In this document: piece by piece, positions 1-12,287 of the stretch
Layout: every line of letters begins with the position of its first letter
How positions within the stretch are numbered: the first letter of the stretch is position 1
NCBI GenBank assembly: GCA_964016885.1
Contig: OZ024743.1
Span: forward strand, 125,302,001 to 125,366,000
Source: Eledone cirrhosa
Taxonomy: Eukaryota
Direction of reading: 5' to 3'
DNA: 64,000 bases
The notes under the pieces: generated by a model
Database searches by the model: none
What the model was told of the DNA's origin: nothing
Seen by the model: only the letters and a program-made list of their open reading frames with translations
Position numbers and translations under genes: made by a program

Positions 1-491
1 TGTATCACTTTTGTGTTCACTGAATCCTTATTATCCCCGATTTCACTTCTAATCGAAGAGAATTCCTTGTGGGGTGTGGCCAATTACCTCTTCTCCTTGG
101 ACACAAATCAAAAATATATGATAATGAGACGAGTTGATACTTGGTTAAATGAATAACGAAAACATATTTTATGTGAAAGGATAATAAGCAATACTAATGT
201 GAATTTTTAACCAACAGATTGAGAAACGTTTATATTTCTGTTTAAAGTAACGTTTCTAAATTCTTATTTACGGTGAAAAACAAAACCTTGCTAGTGTTTT
301 ACTGACGATAATTTTCTCAATAAAAGCAGTTATATGAGAATGTATTCAGTAATTGGATTGCTGAGACCAACAATTACTGCAGTATTCAAGACAGTAAAGC
401 TGCCTTTATTTGTAGGTAATTCTAACCTTTTGTTGCTGCCTTGCATAACTAATTTTTTTTGTCGTTAAAAAGTTTAATTTTCTTTTGGCAG

Positions 492-548
492 GTGTAGTCG
501 GTCAGAATTCAACTGTATATTATAACGAACGACTTTATCTATTTGATG
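492..548 (+). CDS. DUOXA1: DUOXA-like (dual oxidase maturation factor) internal exon; earlier exons lie upstream of the window
   Basis: ttttggcag|...|gtaaaa splice sites. Translates (G)VVGQNSTVYYNERLYLFD, matching the N-glycosylated N-x-T..YNE lumenal motif of DUOXA. Phase is compatible with the next exon. Confidence 0.8.
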
Positions 549-981
549 GTAAAACAGCTTTAAATTCATTTTACATCTTATGAAGCATTTAATATTAATT
601 TGTTCCTTATTTCTAAAATACTGATAGCAGAAAGCAATCCTTAACTTTTCGTTTAATATATAAACAGCTGAACATACATATGAACGTTTTGAGTATATCA
701 GTTTCTTCGAAGTATATTTTTTATTGGATTAAGAACCATCTGCCAGGATAGTATCAGCAATAGAGAGATCAATGGAAACATTGTTTCCTTGGTCCGATCT
801 GACTATCGGCTCCTGTCTTTAATTAGTCAAGCAGCGAAAGAATCTGTATTGGGGTTAACTTGGCCTCTCATTCTCTCGGAGTCGCTGAATTAATGTAGTA
901 GTGAATAAAATTATAATAGACTGACATATTGATAGTGTAGTCTGAGCATGATATTTTGCATACGTCACTTTTATTCTATTA

Positions 982-1916
982 CAGTAGAATCTCGTAGTAC
1001 GAGTGTCCCATTGTACGAGTAATTTGCTGTACGAGCCGAGGCTCGAGCGAACGTTTGTCTTGTAGTATGAGTGGAAATTCGCAGTACGAACGAGTTTCAT
1101 ACAGACGACTGTTAGTCGGTGCTGAGCTCGCACACGCTCTCACAACAAACGTAGCTTCTGGTCGCTCAGTTCATGTGTTTACCTAGTTGTGGGAGTATCC
1201 CTATTGGGTTTTTTCTTAGTTTTGTGAATTAGTTTTGCTATTTTATAAGTGGAAGAGATTCGTTCCCCGGGGGAGGACATTGTAGCGGAGACGGCTATCT
1301 CTACGAGTAACATAAAGGTAGTGTTGGTAAAGTAACAGGATGTTTCTGAATTTGTAGAAAAAAAATCACCCTGAAAAAGTATCTACAGGTCGTGCAGCTG
1401 ATTTACTTAATGTCACTGCTCTGGTGTATTTTCGTAACACTTTGAAAGGCAGGAAAAAGCAGACTTCTCTTGATATGTTTTTAATGAAATGACCTGCAAG
1501 TGTGGAAAGTGTGTCCAAAAAGCCTAAATTAAGCGAAGTGGGAGAGAAAACGCCAGAAATTGTTCTCCCCGAAGTCTTAATTAATGGAAGGAGATTCTCC
1601 TTTCAAACAATAATCCTTCTCCGTCGTCTTCCTCGCGCACAAATCGTCCCATCTTTAAGATAATTAAATTATTAAAACTAGTTTACATATTTCTTTTGCA
1701 TTTTCTTTTATGTTTTTATAATTGTCATTTTCCTGTAACTGCATCTTTTCTGTTTTAAAACCCATAAAAAATTAATTTGGGGTGGTTTTGTGGGTCTGTA
1801 ACGGATTACTTATATTTTAATTAATTTCAATGGGGCAAATTGATTTGTAAAACGAGTAAATCGTAAAACGAGCTTGGTTATGGAACAAATTAAACTCGTA
1901 CTGCGAGATATCACTG
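982..1916 (+). mobile_element. Tigger/pogo-type (Tc1/mariner superfamily) non-autonomous DNA transposon
   Basis: TA|CAGTAGAATCTCGTAGTACGAGT ... ACTCGTACTGCGAGATATCACTG|TA imperfect TIRs with TA TSD. Internal remnant of a transposase C-terminus (..FRNTLKGRKKQTSLDMFL) near 1340-1490. Confidence 0.8.
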
Positions 1917-2811
1917 TACTATGAATGAGCAAGAATTGTCTGTTGAGTATAATCATTGTCACCATTTCCAAAAGTGAAATTCTCAGCTACTCTGAAATTG
2001 AGAAAAGTTTCTTGGTTGGTTCATGATTATTTCTAAAAATCAAAAAAAAAGTTTAACTGTAAAGGATCCACATACAATAAAGCAGTTTTGTTTAAATATG
2101 GGGGAAACGTGTCGACATGGGAGCATCTACAGGGTTACTCAACATGCTAGATATAGCAGTCGAATCTCTTCCAAACCGCACTCTGTCAAAGACAGAATGC
2201 ATTAGATAGTGTTGTCCTAAGTGCTTTAAAAGATTGGATGGTCACACCTAAAATGTCTTTTGATCATATATCTGCTTAATCAAGCCTTACCTGGGGCTAA
2301 ATAGACTTTAATCTAACATGCACGTATGGACGCGTAACTTCTGGTAGTAGTAAGGGAGTGTGATAGAGAAAAAGAAAAATATAGAGGAAGAATTGACCCC
2401 AGTATTGGAACAGCACAGAGAACCGGAACAAATTATGTAAGGTCGCGAAGAAGCACTGCCTTGCGGCATTTTTCTGGATCTTTATTTTCAACTTTGCTTT
2501 TCGAGCTCTATAAAACAAATTACCTGACCAAGAGCTTTCAACGAGATGCATTGTGGTATTTGTTCGACTATTTCGTTCGAATCATGTTGCTTATTTAGAT
2601 GGTATTAATCCGTCTCTTGGTTTAACCCGACCATCTTCCCACATTGGCTGCTTTTAGCTGAGTCTACTCTGTTGCAAACATTCGTGTGAATTCTCCGGTT
2701 TGATGATAACTTCCTCCCACATGTCCAGGAGGCCCTGTAAAGGATAATAGGCACTGTCCTTAACTCCTTGTCTTTTTTTAATACTTCAAACATTTATCTT
2801 AATGTTTTCAG

Positions 2812-2965
2812 CGGATGACCTACAAAGACAATATCACCACAAATTCCAGCTTGGCTTACCATCACCAATTCTAACTCTATGTAATTACATGTCTTATGAA
2901 GGCAGTAACTTAATGTGGGGGAGATATTTCCGTACCTCTGGATACTATGCCTATATATTACTATG
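2812..2965 (+). CDS. DUOXA1: DUOXA-like internal exon
   Basis: ttttcag|...|gtaagt. Translates ADDLQRQYHHKFQLGLPSPILTLCNYMSYEGSNLMWGRYFRTSGYYAYILL, containing the DUOXA GLPxPIL and WGRxxRxxGYY motifs. Confidence 0.9.
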
Positions 2966-3079
2966 GTAAGTATATCTTAAGTCTAAATATACTTCTCTGG
3001 CTTCATGTATCATGCTCAAAGAAGTAAGGGCAACGCCATGCTGTTTAACGATGTCTCTGTCACAATTTTTATTTATTTA

Positions 3080-3500
3080 CTGTTTAGTCAGAGAAAGGGG
3101 CATAGTGCCTCTGTCCATTTTCATGGATCTCCGGTCCGAATAGTTGGACAAATACCAAAGATAATATATCTGGGATACATGCAATCAGAAAATGTGAAAC
3201 GGATATCAAAAGGTGGATTGAAGTAAAGAGGTCATTTGAAACTATATCAAATATACGAACATTAAGAAACATTGATATCAAGAAAGGGTTATTAGTGTTC
3301 CACTCTACTATATGGCGTGGAGTTGAAACATGAACATTAACAACGGTATTATCAAATAGATTAGACGTCTTTGTGATATAGCCATATAGAAGACTTCGGA
3401 AAACATCATGGAAAGATGAAATACTGAGAGTAACAAAAACTAAAGGAACTTTATTATAAACTTGGAAACAAAATGAAATAATTGGAACACTTCGTTTTAA
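3080..3500 (+). mobile_element. Degenerate RTE-type LINE RT fragment
   Basis: Broken frames resembling the RTE RT C-terminus (IYLG.., STLLYGVE.., PYRRLRKTSWKD). Confidence 0.5.
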
Positions 3501-4039
3501 AGTGTTTTACAGAACCTACTGTAAATGTTGACACATAGCTCCTGATTGAATCTTACGGGCGCCGTAGTAACATACTGGCGGAACCCATACTTCTCTAGTT
3601 CTGAACACAACCGATTTCTTCCAGATAAAGAGACATGGTGAGAAAGTTAGAGATATAGAAGAATTGACCCCAGTACTGTACTGGACTGGTACTTTTTATC
3701 GACCCCCAAAGTATGAAAGGCAAACGGGAACTGCAAGTAGAAACCAAAACGAATGGGAAGAGAAAACAAAATTCAAGAATTTTGGATGGATAGGATCAAG
3801 AATTAAACAGAATTAACGCGTTGAATGTATATGGGCTATCGAGACTAAGGTGATGACACCTGATGGGGAAATGCTCTGTTAGAGAAATGTGGCCATGCTG
3901 CAAGAGCTTAGTTGATGACTTAATTTTCAAGCCGGAAATTACGTCGTTGCGACCTTCTTAACCACATAGTTACACACGCGCACGCACGCACGCGCACGCA
4001 CGCGTGCGCACGCGCACACCTCCCTACCTACCTACCTTG

Positions 4040-4825
4040 GCTGGCCATTGATGCAAAAGGGAGTTTGTAGCTGCTGCCACCCTTATTTGCACTTCGCCTC
4101 CCGCTGTGGGTTTATCCAGGATTTTGGCCAGTAGATGTCTCTTGAAAACATCAATATGCACATCATGTAGATCTCTGATTTTTTGGCAGCTCATTAAAAA
4201 GCTGTGATTCCTTGCACCCCAGACTATTGCACTATGTGGTCCTTATTCTTGATGCGATGGATGGGACCTTTGGCACTACGCAGTGACGTCCTGTTCGAAG
4301 GCTGATCCTGCCTTCAATGACAAAGTTTGGTGCTAACGCTTCCAGGATTTTCCATATGATATCACTGCGTATCTCTCCCGTCTGTGTATATATACAGTCT
4401 TTCCCAGACTATACATTCCTAGTTCCACTAAGTTATTGTCCGCAAAAGTTGTTCGTGCCACTTTCACATTTTGGATGATCTCTGTGTTATTCAGGAAGCA
4501 GAGATCCAGGGTATTCTCACTTCTTGTTGGATGAAGTACCATTTGTTCCATGATGAGTCTGTTTTAAGGTCCAACAAGGATTCTGCCGGCCTTTGTTTAA
4601 GTGCCTTCGGGCCATTTAACCTTGGAGAGGTTAAAATCTCCCAGCAGCAGGATGTTGAGACTCGGATACAAATTGATCAGCACTGTTTCAATCTCTTTGA
4701 GACTATCTTCAAACTTGTCCTCATATTTGAGGGCATCTAGTAGTCGATATGTTACACATATTACTATTTTGTGTTGCTTTACGTGTATTGTTAGCGTGTC
4801 ACAGACAGTTGGATACACAAAGCAA
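4040..4825 (-). mobile_element. Degenerate CR1/L2-type LINE: AP-endonuclease fragment joined to the 3' end of ORF2
   Basis: Minus-strand motifs ICVTYR, LLGDFN, QMVLHPTRSENTLDLCF (endonuclease) and RRERY...SQLFNELP (ORF2 end). Confidence 0.7.
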
Positions 4826-4849
4826 CATATATATATATATATATATATA

Positions 4850-6812
4850 TCTTTATATATATAAAAGCGAGGATGTGTGTGTATGTGTACAACTTTGCAT
4901 ACGTAAGGCTTTTACAGTTACCAACTGAATTTGACCAAATTTTCTGTGCACGTTGCACAGGTCGCTACGATTGTCACATCATAAACATTTTTCAAATCGA
5001 CCCACGTTGAGCAATAAAAAATCGATATCAAAATTATTGGTAGAAAAATTGATGTAAGGGAGATAACAAACTTTATTGACAATCCTTATAAAAAAGGGAG
5101 ATAACCAACTTTTCAGAAATATAAACATCACATTCATTTGAAGATAAATCACTAATATTATCGTTTGTTTCTTGTTTCTTTGTTGCACTTTCAAAGTTAA
5201 AAAAACACTTGTTTTAACTTGTTTCACTATATTAAGTGTTAATTTTCGCGCTAAGAGCCTAATCTCGCAGCAATCTCGAATTGACGAGATTTTGATGATG
5301 GTTTGTTTATTTTTAGAACAATCGTTATGGGACTTTCCATTCAAACCATTGGGACCTACAACTTTTACATTTTTAAAACTTTCATAAGCCATGTTGATAC
5401 AAAAAAAAAATTTGTTGCACTTTCAAAGTTAACTGTAACGCTTCAATTCATACATTTTGACTTTACAACTTTTCACCAAATATGCCCCGTAAAAGAAAGT
5501 ATGCACATATTGGCTATCGGTCGAAGAAAACAATGCGTGTAAATGACGCTCCGCCGATAACCGAAAATAGACAATCACTAAATGCGATGAGTACTGTTAT
5601 TGCAACATCTTTGTCCGCCGCTGAGCGTCGGTTAGTGCGGCGAACCAATAATGCTAAAGCAACTGCTGCAGCACGAGCTGCAGAGACTACAGAGTAACGT
5701 GAAACATGCCTTGCTATGGATGCTACAGATACAAAAATATGAAAGACGCCGTGCGCGTAAGGCTTCAGCTAATGTTGCAGCAAGAGCAATTGAGACTGAG
5801 CAAGAACGTCAAAGTCGGCATTTGAGAAATGCTTCATCTACTGCTCCGGCACGAGCTGTAGAGACTGTAACAAGTGAAGCTATTCGGCGGTAACGCTCAA
5901 CGTAGAGCTTTATCGCGGGGTATTTCAAAGGCATCACGCTCACGATGGTACCTTAAGGCAGTTAATTATGATTTTAATGTAAACTATCAAATCCATCCTG
6001 ATATTCAAATATATGCCATGTCAAATACTTGCCAACATTGTAAAGCTAAAAAGTATGGGGGGGGGGGAATCAGCTGGAATGTGCTGCTCCAACGGTAAGG
6101 TTAATTTGCCCACCCTTAGGGAACCACCGCAACCTCTCCAGATGCTTCTAACAGGTAAGCATTCGCAATCACGTGATTTTCTGAAGCATATCCGACAGTA
6201 CAACATTGCGTTTCAAATGACCTCTTTCGGTGCAAAACGTCTGCTCACGAGTTGGCAGTCGAGATAATCTCTTTGCGTTTGTTCCGAAAAGAAAAACAAA
6301 GAATATCGTCTATCCTGAAGTGCTTTAGTGTTAACAAAAAAACTTATAACAGCTCTGCCTTGACTTCACCTTACTTATTACAAAACATACCAATGAATAT
6401 GTCATGCAGGATATTTTGGATTATAAGTTAAAAATTTAACCATACACAGCAAAGGATGCTCTCAAAGAATAGATTTTCTCTTATTCTACTCTCATTGTTT
6501 TTGTTTTTTTGTTTGTATACAACTCTGCTTTCATTACAACTTTTTGTACTTTAGCAAAACTGCCTGTTTTTTTACAGATTTGCAACGTGTATTGTCTTTA
6601 ATCATTTGTATAACTACATCCTGTTCAGTGTTTTCCTTCATTATCAGCATAGTTTTATGTGTACAAAGATTGCACTAAATATTCGTTTGCATTAATTATT
6701 GAAGACTACTACTTATTTTGACAGTTTGGGGACAAATGTTCTTCTTTTACTTCCTAGCTGTATATTCTTAGCATAATTTCAAACCCCGAGCAACGCCGGG
6801 TAAATCTGTTAG
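4850..6812 (+). mobile_element. Internally deleted Helitron
   Basis: 5' TC start (TCTTTATATATAAAAG), 3' hairpin CCCGAGCAACGCCGGG, then a GTTAG|T end. RepHel N-terminal remnant (CQHCKAKKY, GMCCSNGKV, IRQYNIAFQMTSFGA) is fused directly to the helicase C-terminus (CSRVG...TKNIVYPEVL*). Confidence 0.88.
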
Positions 6813-7687
6813 TATATACTAAGTTAAGGTATAACCTATATAATATATATGATTGTTTCTCAACAGAAATGCTCGATGGACTTTTGCCCCGAGCATCAAT
6901 AATATGGGCTTTTCGATCTTAAAGTATGTACTTTTTTTAAATATAACTTTGAAGTTATGAACTGTTGTAAATGAGTTCAAACATGTTAGGACGAGTTACC
7001 TCGTCTACGGCACTGAAGAGGTTAAATATCTTCTGTTATAAAGGGATAAAAGTAAACTTGTAAATCAACACCGTTTTTATTCAACACTACCAAAATGTTG
7101 TTCACCTCTTGATGTCTGTGGACCTCTTTAAGAAGCCCTGACATAGTCGTCGATATTTACATAGTAGATGGGGGTGCATAACAAGAACAGAATGAAGATT
7201 AGACCCTTTCAAAATTGTAAAACCATATGAAATGGCCAACCACGCCCCCTCTAATTTTTGGCCAGGAAAAACTTGCAATATTTAAAATATTTAGTTTATT
7301 GCGTAATTATGAGCAGTCGTGTTTTTTCGGTTTGGGGTTTGGAATTCGATCCTAATGTACAAGTATCTTGTACGTTAACCACATATCGACCAAAGCCTTG
7401 TGAGTGAAATTTTGTTGATGAAAACTGTGCGGTAGCCTATCAACGGGGGCGTTCTTGTTCTTATATGACAGAATTAATCACCACCATTTGTATTTCGCTG
7501 CCTTCAGTGAAGTTTATTCTGTTGCAAACATTCGAAGCCGGTCTCTAATCTGAAGATAACTTCCCTCTTCTCACTAGTCTTGGGGATACTGGAAGGGGTT
7601 GTGAATGCTGATCTTAGGGCTTCTCTCACTAAGCCTTTAAAAGATTAATCTTAACTAAATACTGCTTTTATTGATTTAATTTTTCAG

Positions 7688-7899
7688 TTCGTCTTTCACG
7701 TTTTGGATAATAACAATAATCTTAATGTGCTCGGTTGTCTTCTATGGTTCCCTGATGTTTCTAATAAGTGGACTGACCATGTGTATAACTGTGATCGTTT
7801 ACCACTTGCTTCAGCCACCGATCCCTCTTCAGATTCCCTTTAATGGAGAAGTGCTTGAAGTTAGCTACGGATGGTGTTTCTATCTTGTATTGATAACTG
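7688..7899 (+). CDS. DUOXA1: DUOXA-like internal exon (transmembrane helices)
   Basis: ttttcag|...|gtaaga. Translates SSFTFWIITIILMCSVVFYGSLMFLISG...PLQIPFNGEVLEVSYGWCFYLVLITG, with the DUOXA YGWxF motif. Phases 2/1 fit both neighbours. Confidence 0.9.
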
Positions 7900-7984
7900 G
7901 TAAGAATATTGTTCTTTTCATGTCTTTACACCTTTAATAGTAAATTAAAGTAGACAATTGTATAAACCCTTACTCCATTAAAAC

Positions 7985-8170
7985 TATGGCGAATTGACAG
8001 AAGAACGATATGCCTTGCAGTGTTTATTCCCCTTCTTTTTATTCTGAGTTCAAATCCCGCCGTGGTAGACTTTAACACCACCTGGCTCTTATGTCCCTTT
8101 AGTAGATTCCACTCTTTTGCAGTCATTTAGGCTAGATACTCGATCTGAGCATAACTGACCCTCTCCCGCT
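7985..8170 (+). mobile_element. tRNA-derived SINE (octopus-type), degenerate
   Basis: B-box-like GAGTTCAAATCCCGCC followed by the family body seen in other copies in the window. Confidence 0.55.
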
Positions 8171-8787
8171 AATGCAGGTAACGCTGAAAAACTACCATAG
8201 ACACTGCTCTTTTTCCCGACCAAGAGGTAAAATAAATAAAGTATATTTCCATTAAACAAAATTACTAGTAATACTATTTAAGTCTAATGTGAAGCAGTAC
8301 AGGCTGAACTTTAAAAACCAGTCAACCTTTGAACGAAGCTATTTCCTGACCACGGAAAATGCCAGAAAACAAATTGGTTCGCAACGATCTAAATCAACAT
8401 ATATATCAACATTTTATCAAATCTATAACAAGGCTTCAAATAGAAAATTATCCAACTAATAAGGCTTCCAAAAAGTTTTTATTGTTTCTCGTAATATAAA
8501 TTCTGAAACAAAAAGCAATTATTGTACAAAGCACAAAAATAATAGTACAAAACAGAATTTAAAAAAGTGTCGGACCATCAGTTACCGAGCCGTGAAGTGC
8601 CACATACAAGAAGTCCAGCCTGCACTATTTTCAATCGAACACTTACTTTATTTTTATAACAAAAAAAGTTGATTACTTTTCTATATATTCATTCAGTTAG
8701 TAAATTGACTGACTTTTCTAAACCTTTCCTGAAACCTAGTTTGCTTTAGTTCTGAATTTCAATTGCAGTAAATATTTCTCTTTAAAG

Positions 8788-8921
8788 GTGTCATTATTTC
8801 CCTGATTGGTTCGTCTTTTTTGGCACTGAACGCTTTTGATCCACAAAAATTGCTTCTTTTATTTGAACTCGAGGAGGAAGAAGAATTAATCGAGGAAAAA
8901 AACAGTACTAATGGATATGAG
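8788..8921 (+). CDS. DUOXA1: DUOXA-like internal exon (last TM helix and acidic segment)
   Basis: tttaaag|...|gtatct. Translates GVIISLIGSSFLALNAFDPQKLLLLFELEEEEELIEEKNSTNGYE, in frame with the previous exon. Confidence 0.8.
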
Positions 8922-8999
8922 GTATCTAAAATTACTTTTTTATTTTTTATTAAATATTTAAGCGTTGGACAAAATACTTGGTCAATTTTGCTTTTCATC

Positions 9000-9408
9000 T
9001 AGGGTCATTAAAATAAAGTTCCAGTAAAGTACCAGGGTCGATAAAATCGACTTTCCCTTTTCCCATGTTGCTGACCTTGTACCTGAATTAGAAACCATCA
9101 TTAAATTCTATTTTGGGGGACAGTGGATTGCTAGAATCGTTAATGCCAGAGAAAATGTTTAGCACCATTTGTTCCGGCTCATTTTTATTGTCTTTCATAC
9201 TCCCAGTATCGATAAAATGAAGTACCAGTAAGGTACTGGTTTTATTCAATCGACTTTCCTCTCTCCGCAACATTGCTCACCTAGACACTAATTTAGAAAT
9301 CCCGCCGAGGTTAACTTTGCCTTTTATCCTTACGGGGTCGATAAAATAAAGTACCAGTAGTACACTAGGATAATTGCTGGCCTTGTGCTAAAAGTAGAAA
9401 CAATTATT
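9000..9408 (+). mobile_element. Cluster of octopus-type SINE fragments
   Basis: Repeated GTACCAG / GGGGTCGATAAAAT / CTGGCCTTGTGC..TAGAAACAATTATT motifs. Confidence 0.7.
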
Positions 9409-9580
9409 AAATTCTATATTGTTTAAATTTAGAGGGATACATCTGACCGGGCAAATAGGCAGCTCAAGTGGCTGATGTGAGGTCATTCATAAATATTATT
9501 ATATACACTTGTTCTTTAATACCCTCAAATGACCAAAAACCTCACACATAAGAGATAATACATATATAAAAGAAAAAACA

Positions 9581-9784
9581 ATGACGACTAACCAGCACGC
9601 TTACAACAAACAACATTGGTCTGAGAATGAAACCAACCTCCTCATAAATGCATGGTTTTGTCTTTCCCAAACTGAAAATATAGACGCTTCATGTCTGAAT
9701 GATATTGCCGAAAAAATAGCTCAAATATTCATCACTAGGTCTGTGAAGCAGATACGAAGCAAACTTAACTATATCGAGGTCTGA
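9581..9784 (+). pseudogene. Myb/SANT-like domain ORF remnant, probably transposon-derived
   Basis: HWSENETNLLINAW...IAEKIAQIFITRSVKQIRSKL fits the W-S-x-x-E...RS-x-x-Q-I-R-x-K Myb/SANT pattern. It is followed by broken Thr/Pro-rich sequence. Confidence 0.45.
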
Positions 9785-10989
9785 GTCACTTTGCTATATT
9801 TTTTCCTCAAATATTGGTCAAGCAAATCATCGACAAGAACAGCAATCAGAACATCAACAACCACTCCTAAATGTCAGCACAGTAGTAGATTTACTCAATG
9901 ACAGTATCACTTCACCACTTCCTCCCAGCAACCACCATAATCATCACTACCACCACTACCGCCATCGACTTCTACTGCTACTACTATTAACCTTTCTACC
10001 ACCCCAACAACTAATAATAAACTACTGCTTTCTTCCCCTACATCGCCACCTCAATCCTTCAGTGCTATAAAACACCTGTCAAAACAAGAAACCCCAAAAT
10101 ATGCCATTATTCACTACACCAGAGACTCTGCACACGCAGTGACTGCATCTTCACAATCTACCTGGGACGAGACACACAATTCATATGAACCCCACCAACC
10201 AAAGCCAAAGCACACATCCCACAATAACATCAACACTACACAATAGAAAACCGAACGCTAAAACACACGTAACTCGGAATCCTAACATCTGCCGGTATTT
10301 CCAACGCGAGAGACTGTCTGCAGCGTGACTCTCTTCACTCATCTTCCAGGGACTCGATGCAGTAACAGAAATGGGACTCCAAACCAACACATAAACCACA
10401 GTAGAAACACCCCTTGCTTCATTAATACTGGTCCAGACTTTTCACGAAGGAACAAAATCCAAAATAACTGTAAACTACAACCCTATCCAACAGTGCAATC
10501 ATTCCTCCAATCAAAGATTGCTCCCTAAACAAGAAAACTCTTTTTTAGCCATGATGAACCTAGCAAAAAACTTCTAGCTATCACACAACACCATCCTATG
10601 CTATTAGCCTAGTGCACCAACTCTCCCCATTGCTTTCATTAACCAGCAAACACAAAGCAAACCCCCTGAAACAGTCAAAACCAGCCACTGGCCTTCCCAC
10701 CTCACCCATCCTGATTCAATCGTTTTTTTTTTGTTTTTTTTTTCTCCCCAATTTTTTTTTTGTCCAACTTCCCTGCTCTCTCTCTGAACATTCTTCTTTC
10801 CTGGCAAGGGGCTAACGTTCAATACAGTGAAACATTCATTTCTTTTTTTTTTTTTCGACAAGCGTGAAACTACTAAAATTTGGTTATTGTATCTCTGACT
10901 TCGGCTTGTTTATCATGATTATATATATATATATACAAGGGCGGTGCCCCAGCATGGCCTCAGCCGGATGGCTGAAACAGGTAAAAGAG

Positions 10990-11024
<35 letters not shown>

Positions 11025-11140
11025 AAAGAACACAATCATATATACGGCTCTGCTCCAAAGCATAGAGCTAATTATTATGCGGCCAATACCTTAATGGGAC
11101 ACGGGTATACAATACCTAACTCCTATTAACCTAAGTATAT

Positions 11141-11420
11141 ATCATCATCATCATCACCGTTTTACGTCCGTTCTTCCACGCTAGCATGGGTTAGACGGGT
11201 TGTCCTGTTGTGTGCAGTGTCTGGTCGGCTGACCGTGCCTTGCTCATACAGGAACTGATCTGGCTTGATTTCTACAGCTGGATGCCCTTCCTAACACCAA
11301 CCTCATTTACAGTGAGTGCTGGGTGTTTTTTCGTGGCGCCTACACGTCCACTTTACAGTGTGGGCTGGGTGCTTTTTTGCCGTGGCACCTCCACGACCAC
11401 CTTGCGGTGGGGGGTGTGGC
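11141..11420 (-). mobile_element. SINE with (GAT)n tail
   Basis: Reverse complement of the GGTGTTAGGAAGGGCATCCAGCTGTAGAAA core, with a (CAT)n tail at 11141-11156. Same family as 24765-25415 and 39719-40060. Confidence 0.7.
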
Positions 11421-11567
11421 GGCATATTGTTTATATGCTTCAGCATGTACCCATGGGAGGTCGGGTACTCTGTATTACTGCGTGACGCCAGAAGTCACGG
11501 TCGTGTGTCATTGTCTTTGAGAGGTGTAATTGGGTAAGGTTGGCTTTTATCACCTCATCCCAATTAT

Positions 11568-11607
<40 letters not shown>

Positions 11608-11609
<2 letters not shown>

Positions 11610-11790
11610 ATAATTGTTTCTACTTTAGGCACAAGGCCAGCAATTACCCAGTGCATTACTGGTACTTTATTTCATCGACCCCGTAAGGATGAAAGGCAAA
11701 GTCAACCTCGGCAGGATTTGAACTCAGATCGTAAAGGGACGTAACTATGCTGGAAAGCATGGTGTCTGACCCTCTACCGATACTGCCATA
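11608..11790 (-). mobile_element. Octopus-type tRNA-derived SINE
   Basis: Near-identical to 37912-38125 and inverted relative to 9297-9408; B box GAGTTCAAATCC on the minus strand. Confidence 0.75.
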
Positions 11791-11830
11791 GTAATAATAA
11801 TACTACATGCGAACAAATATCGTCCGCACC

Positions 11831-11886
<56 letters not shown>

Positions 11887-12287
11887 CCATCCTTGGAACT
11901 TAACTTAACAACCGGCTCAACCCCGATCTAATCCGCCGTGACCTTTCTCCGAACTTTACACACCTTCCCACACTTTGTCTTTCCTTCCACGCATTACCTC
12001 TGTTTGATTTTGTTACCGTACCCCTTTTTTTTTCCGTATATGATTCTTTGCCTGTGTTCCTACAATTGTATTCCATGATTTTTTGTTCACGATCGCCTGT
12101 GTCATTACCTTTATGATATTTTGTCTTTAATTTTCCGGTGTTTACTCCCCCCCCCTCCCTACGTTTTTCTGGTTCTTTTTCCCTTCCCCGTCTCTGCCTA
12201 TCCTTCGCACTCACCCCTTCGTTCACTCCATCCCGCTTCACACCCCCGCCCTCTCATCCCTCCCCCTGCTTTCACCCAACGCCCATC

